Below are positions 27,228-36,477 of a stretch of 64,000 bases of DNA, piece after piece (the stretch's first letter is position 1; every line of letters begins with the position of its first letter). The position numbers and the translations under genes were made by a program. The notes beneath the pieces are model-generated. The model did not search any database. It was not told the DNA's origin and was given only the letters and a program-made list of their open reading frames with translations. The stretch is from Alphaproteobacteria bacterium (GTDB lineage: Bacteria > Pseudomonadota > Alphaproteobacteria > MPNO01): contig CBDDOM010000002.1 of the NCBI GenBank assembly GCA_965231875.1, forward strand, positions 4,690,487 through 4,754,486, in the 5' to 3' direction.

Positions 27228-29642
27228 ATGGCCTATACACTGCTCGGCAAGAACTTCACCCCGCCGGATATCCACGCCAAGGTCACCGGCGCCGCCAAAT
27301 ACGCCGAGGACTTCCGTGCCGACGGCATGGTGTTCCTCAAGACCTACCCCTCTCCGATGCCGCATGCCAGGGTCAAGGCGATCGACGTCGAGGCCGTCAA
27401 GAAGATGCCCGGCGTGGTGGGCGTGCTGCTGCCAAGCGAGCTGAAGCAGCCCAAGGACGCGGGCCACGCGATCCTGACCGCCTACCCGGTGTTCGTGGGC
27501 CAGCCGATCCTCGCGGTCGCGGCGAAGACCGAACAGCAGGCGGAAGACGCGATTCAGGCGGTCAAGGTCGATCTCGAACCGCTTCCCTTCGTCACCGATC
27601 CGCTGGAGAGCCTGAAGCCGGACGGGCCGAACGCCCTTGTCGGCGGCAATGTCGCCAACCGGCGCGGCGTCAAGCTGCAGCAGATCAAGTGGACCGGCAA
27701 AGACTTCGCCAAGGCCGGCGACGATACCCTGCCGATGGGCAAGCCAGCGAGCGAGTGGAGCTTCGGCGACATCGAGGCCGGTTTCGCCAAGTCCAAGGTC
27801 GTGGTCGAGGAATCCTTCGTCAGCGCGGCGAACGCGCATCACGCGATGGAGCCTCGCTCGGCGTCCGCGTACTGGGAGGGCGGCAAGTGTCATGTCTGGG
27901 GGTCGACCCAGTCCTCGTCCTTCGCGGTGCCTAGCCTCGCCAAGCTGATCGGCATCAAGCCGACCGACCTCAACCTGGTCAGCGAGTTCTGCGGCGGCGG
28001 CTTCGGCGGCAAGGCCTATTCCTACCCGTTGATGGCCCTGCCGGCGCTGATGTCGAAGAAGCTCAACGGCCGGCCCGTGCTGATGCGGGTAAGCCGCGCG
28101 GACGAGTTCATCAACGGCTCGGCGCGGGCCGCGTTCCAGGGCTGGGTCAAGATCGGCTTCGGCGCCGACGGAAGGGTGCTGGCGCTCGACAGCTACATCG
28201 TGCAGGACAACGGCTCCACCGCCGGGTTCTGGGACTTCCAGAATTTCGGCATGGCGTCGTCGGTGATCCTGCAGCCCGAGGCGATGCGGTTTCGCGGCAT
28301 CCCGGTGCTCACCAACACCCCGCCGAAGGGCGCGCAGCGCGGCCCGGGCGAGAACCAGACGGCCAACATCCTGGAGCCGATCCTCGACAGGGCGGCGCGC
28401 GAGCTGGGCATCGACCGGCTGGCGCTGCGTCTCGCGAACGCGCCGGGCGGCGGGCCGAACGGCAAGATCGGACCCAAGCAGGGGCCGCTCACCAGCGCCT
28501 TTCTCAAGGAAGGGCTGGAGCAGGCCGCCGCGAAGTGGGGCTATGCGGAGCGGATCAAGAAGACCGGCAAGCAGGCCAACGGCAAGATCAGGTCGGTCGG
28601 TATCGGTCAGGCTTATCACGCCGCCGGCTATAACGGCTTCGACGGCATGGTCCGCATCACGCCGGACGGCAAGCTTCACATTCACACCGGCGTCGGCAAT
28701 CTCGGCACCTACTCCTACGGGGCGACCTCCCGGGTCGCGGCCGAGGTGCTGGGCTATGACTGGAACAACACGGTCATAGAACGCGGCGGAACGCTGAAGG
28801 CGATGCCGTTCAATATCGGCCAGTTCGGGTCCAACACCTCGTTCACCATGACCCGGACGAACTATGCCGGGGCAATGGACGCCAAGCAGAAGCTGCTCGA
28901 AATCGGCGCGGCGATACTCGGCGGCAAGGCCGACGACTACAAGCTCGACAAGGAGCGGGTGGTTGCCAACAACGGCTCGGGATCGATCACTTTCGCCCAG
29001 GCGGCGAAAAAGGCGATCGAGCTCGGCGGCAAGTATTCCGGCCACGAGGTCGACCCGAAGCTCAACGGGCTGACCAAGGCGGCGGTCGGGATGATCAAGG
29101 GCACCGGCCTGATCGGCGTCGCCAAGGACAAGCTGCCCAAGAAGGGGACCGTCCCGGCGCTGGCGGCGGCGTTCATCGAGATCGAGCTCGATCCGGAGAC
29201 CGGCAAGGTCGAGATCCTCGACTATATGGGCGTCGCCGATGTCGGCCAGGTGCTGCACCCGCAGGGGCTCGACGCCCAGATCCGCGGCGGCGCGGTGATG
29301 GGGTTCGGTCTGGCGGCGATGGAGCGCTACATCTACGACCCCGCCTATGGCCGGCCCAACGCCATCGGATTCCACCAGGCGAAGCCGCCGACCTATCTCG
29401 ACGTTCCGGCCGAGCTTGGCTCGCTCGCTGTCGAGGGGGCGGTGGACGAGCAGAACCCGGTGGGGGCCAAGGGCATCGGCGAGCCGGTTCAGGGGTCGGC
29501 GTCATCCGCCTATCTGAGCGCGGTATCCGATGCGCTGGACGGTCACATGTTCAACCGGGTCCCCGTGGTCGCGGACATGATCGTCAACGTGGTCGCGAAA
29601 CGGCCGCAATCCTACAAGCCGTTGCAGGTCAACAATCAGTGA
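27228..29642 (+). CDS. molybdopterin-binding large subunit, xanthine dehydrogenase family (PaoC-like)
   Basis: 804 aa, starting 4 nt after the FeS subunit. Ald_Xan_dh hammerhead and Moco-binding motifs (GGGFGGK, the QGxGxxT-like QGLDAQIRGGAVMGFG). Confidence 0.85.
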   Translation: MAYTLLGKNFTPPDIHAKVTGAAKYAEDFRADGMVFLKTYPSPMPHARVKAIDVEAVKKMPGVVGVLLPSELKQPKDAGHAILTAYPVFVGQPILAVAAKTEQQAEDAIQAVKVDLEPLPFVTDPLESLKPDGPNALVGGNVANRRGVKLQQIKWTGKDFAKAGDDTLPMGKPASEWSFGDIEAGFAKSKVVVEESFVSAANAHHAMEPRSASAYWEGGKCHVWGSTQSSSFAVPSLAKLIGIKPTDLNLVSEFCGGGFGGKAYSYPLMALPALMSKKLNGRPVLMRVSRADEFINGSARAAFQGWVKIGFGADGRVLALDSYIVQDNGSTAGFWDFQNFGMASSVILQPEAMRFRGIPVLTNTPPKGAQRGPGENQTANILEPILDRAARELGIDRLALRLANAPGGGPNGKIGPKQGPLTSAFLKEGLEQAAAKWGYAERIKKTGKQANGKIRSVGIGQAYHAAGYNGFDGMVRITPDGKLHIHTGVGNLGTYSYGATSRVAAEVLGYDWNNTVIERGGTLKAMPFNIGQFGSNTSFTMTRTNYAGAMDAKQKLLEIGAAILGGKADDYKLDKERVVANNGSGSITFAQAAKKAIELGGKYSGHEVDPKLNGLTKAAVGMIKGTGLIGVAKDKLPKKGTVPALAAAFIEIELDPETGKVEILDYMGVADVGQVLHPQGLDAQIRGGAVMGFGLAAMERYIYDPAYGRPNAIGFHQAKPPTYLDVPAELGSLAVEGAVDEQNPVGAKGIGEPVQGSASSAYLSAVSDALDGHMFNRVPVVADMIVNVVAKRPQSYKPLQVNNQ

Positions 29643-29664
29643 CGGGCGGAACGGAGGCAGACCA

Positions 29665-30654
29665 ATGACCGACTATATGCACGCATTCGACCTCTACACG
29701 CCCGCGAGTCTGGCGGACGCGGCAAAGCTGCTGGACGAGCACGGCAAGGACGCCTGGATCGTGGCCGGCGGCAAGGACAGCTTCGACTGGTTCAAGGATC
29801 GGCACAAGCAGCCCAAGGCGGTCGTGGACGTCAGCGGGCTCAAGGAGCTTCGCGGGATCCGGGACGGCGGCGACCACATCGCCGTCGGCGCGGCGACCAC
29901 GCTGACCGAGATCGAGGAGAGCAAGCTGCTGCGGGACAATTTCCCGTTGCTGGTCCAGGCCGCCGCCAAGGTGGCAAGCCCGCAGATCCGCAATTCGGGA
30001 ACCATCGGCGGCAATGTCTCGCAGGACACGCGCTGTACCTATTACAGGGACGGCTTCCCCTGCTACCGCGCGGGCGGCAATACCTGCTACGCCAACACGC
30101 CGACGGCGATGAACCGGGAGCATGCTCTGTTCGAGGCGGTACGCTGCGTCGCGGTGACGCCGTCGGACACGGCGCCGGCGCTCGTCGCGCTGGACGCCCA
30201 GATGGCGATCTCGCGGGACGGCAAAATGCGGACCGTGCCGGCGGAGAAGTTCTTCATCGGCCCGGACGTCGACATCACGCGGATGACGGTCCTCGAAAAA
30301 GGCGACATCCTGACCGAGATCCGGCTTCCCAAGGCGTGGGCGGGCGCCAAGACGTATTTCGAGAAGGTCGCCGACCGCGAGACCTGGGACTTCGCCCTGG
30401 TCAATATCGCGATGGCGGCCAGGACCGACGGCGGCATGGTGAAGGACGTGCGGGTCGCGTGCGGCGGAGTTCAGTGCACGCCGAGGCGGCTGACCGAGGT
30501 CGAGGACCTGATGAAGGGGGAGAAGGCGGGGGCGGAGCTCGAAAAGCTCGCGCAGCGGGTTGCCGCGCGAGGCGCGAAGGCGCTCAACTTCAACCACTTC
30601 AAGATCCCGCTGATGGGGAACCTCGCGGCGCGCGCGGTCAGATCGCTCGCCTGA
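29665..30654 (+). CDS. FAD-binding subunit of the molybdopterin dehydrogenase (PaoB/CoxM-like)
   Basis: 329 aa. FAD_binding_5 pattern (AGGKDSFDW, AVGAATTLTEI, GTIGGNV). Confidence 0.8.
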   Translation: MTDYMHAFDLYTPASLADAAKLLDEHGKDAWIVAGGKDSFDWFKDRHKQPKAVVDVSGLKELRGIRDGGDHIAVGAATTLTEIEESKLLRDNFPLLVQAAAKVASPQIRNSGTIGGNVSQDTRCTYYRDGFPCYRAGGNTCYANTPTAMNREHALFEAVRCVAVTPSDTAPALVALDAQMAISRDGKMRTVPAEKFFIGPDVDITRMTVLEKGDILTEIRLPKAWAGAKTYFEKVADRETWDFALVNIAMAARTDGGMVKDVRVACGGVQCTPRRLTEVEDLMKGEKAGAELEKLAQRVAARGAKALNFNHFKIPLMGNLAARAVRSLA

Positions 30655-30658
30655 GGGT

Positions 30659-30805
30659 ATGGAGGTTTTCCGCTTCTCGAAGAACGTCTGGGGCCAGGAG
30701 ATACTGCTCGGGATGTCCTGGGATCTGCTCTGGGTCCCGGTCGCGGTGGCATTCGCCTGCATCGCGGCGCATCGACTCCTTCGGCTGGCCCTGCGGCGGA
30801 GCTGA
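30659..30805 (+). CDS. possible 48-aa hydrophobic small protein
   Basis: ATG at 30659, 5 nt after the FAD subunit stop. Encodes MEVFRFSKNVWGQEILLGMSWDLLWVPVAVAFACIAAHRLLRLALRRS, which has one predicted transmembrane helix. Below the track's length cut-off, no homology recognised. Speculative. Confidence 0.2.
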   Translation: MEVFRFSKNVWGQEILLGMSWDLLWVPVAVAFACIAAHRLLRLALRRS

Positions 30806-30820
30806 GTAACCCTCGCGGAC

Positions 30821-31414
30821 ATGTCGGGAAGCGCGGCTGAAGACATTCGGCACCGATGGCCGGACCGTTCGTTCCACTGGGCGATGGCGGCGCTGGTTGT
30901 CGTTCTCCTGGGGACCGCGTTCCTGCCTGTTCTCGGGGTTCGTTTCGACTGGGTTCCGATCCACTGGATTTCCGGTGTGTTGCTGACGATCGCGATCGTC
31001 TTCCACCTCTACCGGGCGTTTCTGGTGCACGGCATCCGGTCGATGATGCCGACGGGCCAGGACCTGCGGGTCGCCCTGAGGCGGGAGCCGGAGGACGGCA
31101 CGGTCAAGTACGACCTCAACCAGAAGCTCTACCACTGGTCGGTAGCGGCGGTGATGCTCGTCCTCGTGGTCTCCGGTTGCATCATGCTCGCCAAGATCGA
31201 CACGCCTCTCTGGCGGCGCGACCCGTCGATCCTCTCGGACGGGAATTGGGGCGTGGTTTATGTCTGCCACGGGGCGGCATCGCTGGCGCTGATCTTCTTC
31301 TTTATCCTGCATCTCTATTTCGCGTTCCTCCCGGAGCACCGGCGGCTGCTCGCGGCCATGGTGCTGGGCCGCGAAACCTGGAGGCCGGAACGAACGCCGG
31401 AGCGGCAATCATGA
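30821..31414 (+). CDS. membrane b-type cytochrome (Ni/Fe-hydrogenase / FdnI-like cytochrome b561 family)
   Basis: 197 aa. Four predicted transmembrane helices, each with a conserved His (SFHWAM, IVFHLY, LYHWSV, YVCHGA/ILHLYF). Likely the membrane anchor and quinone-reducing partner of the upstream periplasmic molybdoenzyme. Confidence 0.6.
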   Translation: MSGSAAEDIRHRWPDRSFHWAMAALVVVLLGTAFLPVLGVRFDWVPIHWISGVLLTIAIVFHLYRAFLVHGIRSMMPTGQDLRVALRREPEDGTVKYDLNQKLYHWSVAAVMLVLVVSGCIMLAKIDTPLWRRDPSILSDGNWGVVYVCHGAASLALIFFFILHLYFAFLPEHRRLLAAMVLGRETWRPERTPERQS

Positions 31415-31791
31415 GCAGTCCCGAAACCATCCGGACGCATATCGAGCGCGTCGAGGAAGCCTATGAGTTCATGCTCGCCTATGCCGCCCAGGGCCGCGGC
31501 GACGAAGGCGCGGGCCCGGACGGAACCCATATCAGGACTTTCCTGAATCAGTTCGACGCGGCGGTCGCCGCGATTGTCGGCGAACTCGACACGGTGCCCG
31601 GCGCCGGGGAGGAGGCCGCGGCGTTCCTGGCCGCGCTGAGGGCGGATTCGGAGATCGTGACATCGGTTCTCCGGGCCATGCTCGCGCGCGACCGGATCAC
31701 CTCCGAGGTGGTGGACAATGCGAACGGGCTGATCTCGGTCCGCTCTTACCTGACCGGGCTGTTCTTTCTCGACAAGGCGTTGCTCCCGTGA
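31411..31791 (+). CDS. hypothetical 126-aa protein translationally coupled to the cytochrome b gene
   Basis: The ATG at 31411 overlaps the TGA of the preceding gene (ATGA). In the track it is buried in the over-extended ORF 30856..31791. No recognisable motif. Confidence 0.45.
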   Translation: MSSPETIRTHIERVEEAYEFMLAYAAQGRGDEGAGPDGTHIRTFLNQFDAAVAAIVGELDTVPGAGEEAAAFLAALRADSEIVTSVLRAMLARDRITSEVVDNANGLISVRSYLTGLFFLDKALLP

Positions 31792-31821
31792 TCCGCCCCG
31801 TCGTCGAACCGTGCAAGGCTG

Positions 31822-32205
<384 letters not shown>

Positions 32206-32233
32206 GCTAACGTGGGTTCGCGACGGCTCGGCG

Positions 32234-32980
32234 TCAATCCAGTCCGCGCGCGACATCGTCGATCCGCGACATCGTCTCGCCGTCGAGCTTCCCGTCGCAG
32301 CGGGACGGGCGGAAGCGTCTCTGGAAGGCGGCGAGCACGGCGGCAAGTCCTCCCGACTCGTCGCAGAACCCGTAGCCGATACGGGTGAACGCCGCGCGGG
32401 CCCGGTCCTCGTCGGGCGATGCGGCGTCCCCGGTTTCACCGGGCCAGTATGCGTGCCCCTTCGCGGCCAACCGCCGCCAGGGGAAAAGCTCGCCCGGGTC
32501 CTGCTTGCGGAGCGGCGCCACGTCCGAATGCCCGACCACGCGGACCGGATCGATCCGCCAGCGCTCGCGGATACCGCCGAGCAGCCCTTCCAGCGCAACG
32601 AGCTGGGCATCGGGGAACGGGATGTAGCCGAACTCGTGCCCCGGATTGGCGAGCTCGACCCCGATCGACCGGCTGTTGACGTCCGGCTCCCCCGCCCAGG
32701 ACGAAACGCCGGCGTGCCAGGCGCGGCGATCCTCGTCGACAAGGCGGTAGACCGTGCCCGCCTCGTCGATCGCGTAGTGCGCGCTCACCCCCGAAGCCGG
32801 ATCGCACAACCGCGCGAGAGCCGCCTCCGCCGTGGGCATGCCGGTGTAGTGAAGAACGACGAGGTCGACCGGCACGCCGGCGGATCTCTTGCCGTGATTG
32901 GGCGACGGGCGCTCGATCACGTCCGGGCGGCTGTCGCCGGCAACGCGAAACGCCGCGCGCCGCTGACGGCGCGCGGGCAT
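32234..32980 (-). CDS. ampD: 1,6-anhydro-N-acetylmuramyl-L-alanine amidase AmpD (amidase_2 family)
   Basis: 248 aa. The HYTG..H..RAWHAGVS motif region aligns to E. coli AmpD, with Zn-ligand His/Asp positions present. Confidence 0.8.
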   Translation of the reverse strand: MPARRQRRAAFRVAGDSRPDVIERPSPNHGKRSAGVPVDLVVLHYTGMPTAEAALARLCDPASGVSAHYAIDEAGTVYRLVDEDRRAWHAGVSSWAGEPDVNSRSIGVELANPGHEFGYIPFPDAQLVALEGLLGGIRERWRIDPVRVVGHSDVAPLRKQDPGELFPWRRLAAKGHAYWPGETGDAASPDEDRARAAFTRIGYGFCDESGGLAAVLAAFQRRFRPSRCDGKLDGETMSRIDDVARGLD

Positions 32981-33014
32981 ACCGCGCTTCGATAGGCCTT
33001 TGGCGTTGTCTCGA

Positions 33015-33326
33015 TCAGGCGGCGCTGCGGCGCAGTGCCGCGTCGCGCCGGCTCTCGGGCTCGCGATAGGCCATCTTCACGTGGGCGGCGCAGTAGGAAA
33101 AGCCTTCCGAGGTCTTCCGACCGCAGAAATGGAAATCCTCCGTGCCGGGCTCGCCGTAGGGCCACTGGCACGTGCGGTACGGGGAGGTCTTGCTCACTCT
33201 CATCAGTGAGACGAGTTCGGATCGGTCCGACATTCTGGCGTGTCCTAAGATTGGAACGCGCGATAGATATGGTCGGCTCTTTCCAACGTCAAGATTCGCG
33301 ACCGGAATACTGGGCAACTGCGTCAA
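33015..33326 (-). CDS. GcrA-like protein containing only the GcrA C-terminal domain
   Basis: 103 aa. CQWPYGEPGTEDFHFCGRKTSEGFSYCAAHVKMAY matches the conserved GcrA C-terminal CKWPIGDP..F.FCG..PYC..H...AY block. The N-terminal DNA-binding domain (MSWTDE...) is absent, and only 45 bp separate the gene from the upstream ABC gene. Confidence 0.55.
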   Translation of the reverse strand: MTQLPSIPVANLDVGKSRPYLSRVPILGHARMSDRSELVSLMRVSKTSPYRTCQWPYGEPGTEDFHFCGRKTSEGFSYCAAHVKMAYREPESRRDAALRRSAA

Positions 33327-33371
33327 TTTGTTGCATGTGGACCGCCGAAACCGGCGTTGCGGGCGGCGATG

Positions 33372-34454
33372 TCAGTTGAGGCGGCCGCCATTCCCGGCAT
33401 CGAACAGATGCACGTTCGCGGTATCGAGCGTCACGTGGATGGCGTCGCCGGCGGCGGCCGGCAGGTCCGGATCGACCTTGGCGACCAGGCGGCGCGCGCC
33501 TCCGTGCTCGAAGAAGAGGAGCGTCGCGTCGCCGAGCGGCTCGATCAGGCTGACGGTCGCGGCGGTTGCGCCGGGCGTGTCGGCATCGACGACCAGGACG
33601 TGCTCCGAACGCACGCCGAGCACCGCGCCGCGCCCGGCGAGGCCGGAATCGACCGACGCGTCGAGCGCGGTCGTCAACCCGGCGCCGCGAAACTCCATCG
33701 CACCGTTCGCCTCCTCCACGGTGCCGTCGAGGAAATTCATCGTCGGCACCCCGAAGAAGCTGGCGACGAAATGCGACACGGGGCGCCGGTAGATTTCGAG
33801 CGGCCCGCCCACCTGCTCGATGCGTCCGGCATTCATCACCGCGATGCGGTCGGCCATGGTCATCGCCTCGGCCTGGTCGTGGGTGACGTAGACGAACGTG
33901 CCGCCGAGCTGTTCGTGCAGATGCTTGAGCTCGGTGCGCATGTCGACCCGCAGCTTGGCGTCGAGGCTGGAGAGCGGTTCGTCCATCAGATAGACGGACG
34001 GGTTGGTGACGATGGTGCGCGCGAGCGCGACGCGCTGCGCCTCGCCGCCGGAGCACTGGCCGGGCCGCTTGTCGAGTAGCGGGTCGATATGCATCGCCTC
34101 GGCGGCCTCCTGTACGCGGCGGCGGATCTCCTCGGCGTCGACGTTCTTGACCCTGAGGCCGAAGGCGATGTTCTCGAACACCGTCATGTGGGGGAACAGG
34201 GCGAGATCCTGGAACACCATGCCGAGCCCGCGCTCGCCGGCCTCGGTGTGGGTGACGATGCGATCGCCGATCACGATATCGCCGCCGGTCGGCTCGACGA
34301 GCCCGGAAATCATGTTGAGCGTCGTCGTCTTGCCGCAGCCCGACGGACCGACCAGGATCAGGAACTCGCCGTCGTGGATCTCCAGGTCGATTCCCTTGAC
34401 GGCGGCGAAGCTGCCGAATTCCTTCACCAGATCCTTGAGCACGATACCCGCCAC
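33372..34454 (-). CDS. ABC transporter ATP-binding protein (UgpC/MalK-like, carbohydrate uptake type)
   Basis: 360 aa. Walker A GPSGCGKTT, signature LSGGEAQRV, Walker B, and a C-terminal TOBE/MalK-like regulatory domain. Confidence 0.9.
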   Translation of the reverse strand: MAGIVLKDLVKEFGSFAAVKGIDLEIHDGEFLILVGPSGCGKTTTLNMISGLVEPTGGDIVIGDRIVTHTEAGERGLGMVFQDLALFPHMTVFENIAFGLRVKNVDAEEIRRRVQEAAEAMHIDPLLDKRPGQCSGGEAQRVALARTIVTNPSVYLMDEPLSSLDAKLRVDMRTELKHLHEQLGGTFVYVTHDQAEAMTMADRIAVMNAGRIEQVGGPLEIYRRPVSHFVASFFGVPTMNFLDGTVEEANGAMEFRGAGLTTALDASVDSGLAGRGAVLGVRSEHVLVVDADTPGATAATVSLIEPLGDATLLFFEHGGARRLVAKVDPDLPAAAGDAIHVTLDTANVHLFDAGNGGRLN

Positions 34455-34481
34455 GCGTCGCTCCTTTCTCGCCCGGCGCCG

Positions 34482-35429
34482 TCAGCGGCGCATCATGCCG
34501 AAGCTGAAACCCTTCACCAGGTGCTTCTGGATCAGGATACCCATGATCACCACGGGGACGGTGATAACCGTGCCGATCGCCGCCTGCGGGCCGTAGAGCC
34601 GTCCTTCCGACGCGCTCTGGTACTTGTTCAGCAGCACCGGCAGGGTCGACACGTCGGGATGGGTCAGCGTCAGCGCCAGCAGGAACTCCCCCCAGCTCAG
34701 GATGAACACGAACAGGAAAGTGACCACCATGCCGGAGGCAACCAGCGGCAGCACCACCTTGCGCAAGGTATAGATGCGCCCCGCCCCCATCAGCCGGGCG
34801 GCGTGTTCGAGGGTGTAAGGCACCTCGTCGATAAAGCTCAGCATCATCCAGATGACGAAGGGGAGCGTCACCGTGGTGTAGAGCGCACTGACCCCGGTGC
34901 GCGTGTCGAACAGGCTGATCCGCGTGTCCAGCAGCGTCTCGGTCGCGAAGGGCACCATGATCGCGTAGTACATCAACAACGGGATCGCGATGACGATGGG
35001 TGGGATCATGCGGATCATCAGCACCATGTGGCGGAAGGTCGAGCCGCCGACATTGAAGCGCGAGATGGCATAGGCGAGGAAGGTGCCCATGAAGAGCGCG
35101 ATCAGCGAGGAGATGGTGCAGATCAGCATCGAATCGAGCAGCGAGCCCCAGATGTTGAACGGCTGCTCGGTCGCCTCGCGCGCGACGCCGGCCTGCTGCA
35201 CGTCGAAGGTGAAGACCTGCTCGTAGTTTTTCAGCGTCGGGTCCTGCGGAAGCCAGTTCGGCGGCCAGGTCACCCACTCGCCGGAATCCTTGAACGACGT
35301 CTGGATCATCCAGTAGATCGGGAACATGATGATCGCGCCCCAGCCGATCAGCACGGCGTGGCGGAAGGCCGCCCGACGCCGGCGCAGCCGGCCCGCCGCG
35401 GCCCTGCTCGCGGAGTCGACGGGGTTCAC
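34482..35429 (-). CDS. ABC transporter permease (UgpE/MalG-like)
   Basis: The GTG at 35427-35429 overlaps the upstream permease stop (GTGA). EAA-like loop present. The track ORF (617 aa) is fused with the antisense frame of the neighbouring gene. Confidence 0.85.
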   Translation of the reverse strand: MNPVDSASRAAAGRLRRRRAAFRHAVLIGWGAIIMFPIYWMIQTSFKDSGEWVTWPPNWLPQDPTLKNYEQVFTFDVQQAGVAREATEQPFNIWGSLLDSMLICTISSLIALFMGTFLAYAISRFNVGGSTFRHMVLMIRMIPPIVIAIPLLMYYAIMVPFATETLLDTRISLFDTRTGVSALYTTVTLPFVIWMMLSFIDEVPYTLEHAARLMGAGRIYTLRKVVLPLVASGMVVTFLFVFILSWGEFLLALTLTHPDVSTLPVLLNKYQSASEGRLYGPQAAIGTVITVPVVIMGILIQKHLVKGFSFGMMRR

Positions 35430-36397
35430 GACGCGCGCTCCCGGTCGAGCCGCGTGCGCTCGCGCATCATGAACCAGATGCCGGTGAAGATCAGCGTCGA
35501 GAACAGGATCAGCAGCAGCATCGACGCCGCCGCGCCGAAGGCGAACTTGTTGAACTGCCAGACCTGCTCCCACAGGTAATAGGCGACCGTCTGGGTCGAG
35601 GTGCCCGGGCCGCCGAAGGTCAGCAGCACCACGGGGTCGAACAGCTTCAACGCCTCCATCGAACGGACCACCACCGCGATCACGATCGCCGGCTTGAGCA
35701 ACGGCAGCTCCACCCACCAGAAGGTCTGCCAACGCGAGGCGCCCATCACCCGCGCGGCGTTGATCAGCTGCGGCGGGAGCGCCGCGAAGCCGGACAGGAA
35801 GATCAGGAAGGTGAGCGAGGTCCACTGCCAGACATCGGCCAGGATGATCGCCCACTGCGCGGCCAGCGGGTCGGACAGCCAGCGGATGCGCGGGTCGATG
35901 CCGAGCAGCGTCGTCAGCGGCGACAGCAGCTGGTTCAGCGGCCCGTGGTCGATATAGATCATCGAAAAGTTGTATCCGACCACCACCGGCACGACCATCA
36001 TCGGGATCAGGAAGACGGTGATGTAGATCCGGCGCCCGCGTACCACCCGGTGCACCAGCATCGCCAGCACGAAGCCGATCGCGAGCTCGAACACCACGGC
36101 GAAGCCGGCGAAGTAGAAGGTGCGTCCGAGCGCCGCCCAGAAGCCGGTGTCGGACAGCACCGCCTCGTAGTTCCTGAAGCCCGACAGATAGGCCTGCTCG
36201 AACGGCCGGTTGGCGCGCCAGCGCAGGAAGCTGATGTAGATGGTCAGCAGGAACGGGATGATGATGACCAGGATGAACGTGCCCTCGACGAGCACGAACG
36301 GGATCCAGCGGAACACCCGCTCCTGCGACAGCCACGCGCCCAGCCGGGCGAGCGGGCCGTTGCGTGCGCGCACCTCTACTCCGCTGAGCGCGGTCAT
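35426..36397 (-). CDS. ABC transporter permease (UgpA/MalF-like)
   Basis: 323 aa, six transmembrane segments, BPD_transp_1 pattern (EAA motif region ...AARVMGASRWQTFWWVELP). Confidence 0.85.
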   Translation of the reverse strand: MTALSGVEVRARNGPLARLGAWLSQERVFRWIPFVLVEGTFILVIIIPFLLTIYISFLRWRANRPFEQAYLSGFRNYEAVLSDTGFWAALGRTFYFAGFAVVFELAIGFVLAMLVHRVVRGRRIYITVFLIPMMVVPVVVGYNFSMIYIDHGPLNQLLSPLTTLLGIDPRIRWLSDPLAAQWAIILADVWQWTSLTFLIFLSGFAALPPQLINAARVMGASRWQTFWWVELPLLKPAIVIAVVVRSMEALKLFDPVVLLTFGGPGTSTQTVAYYLWEQVWQFNKFAFGAAASMLLLILFSTLIFTGIWFMMRERTRLDRERAS

Positions 36398-36477
36398 CGT
36401 CGACTATGCTTCCTCGGCGGGCGGTTGCCCGGACGACGGATTGCCGCCGTCCGGGCCGCCGCTGGACGAGATACGGA

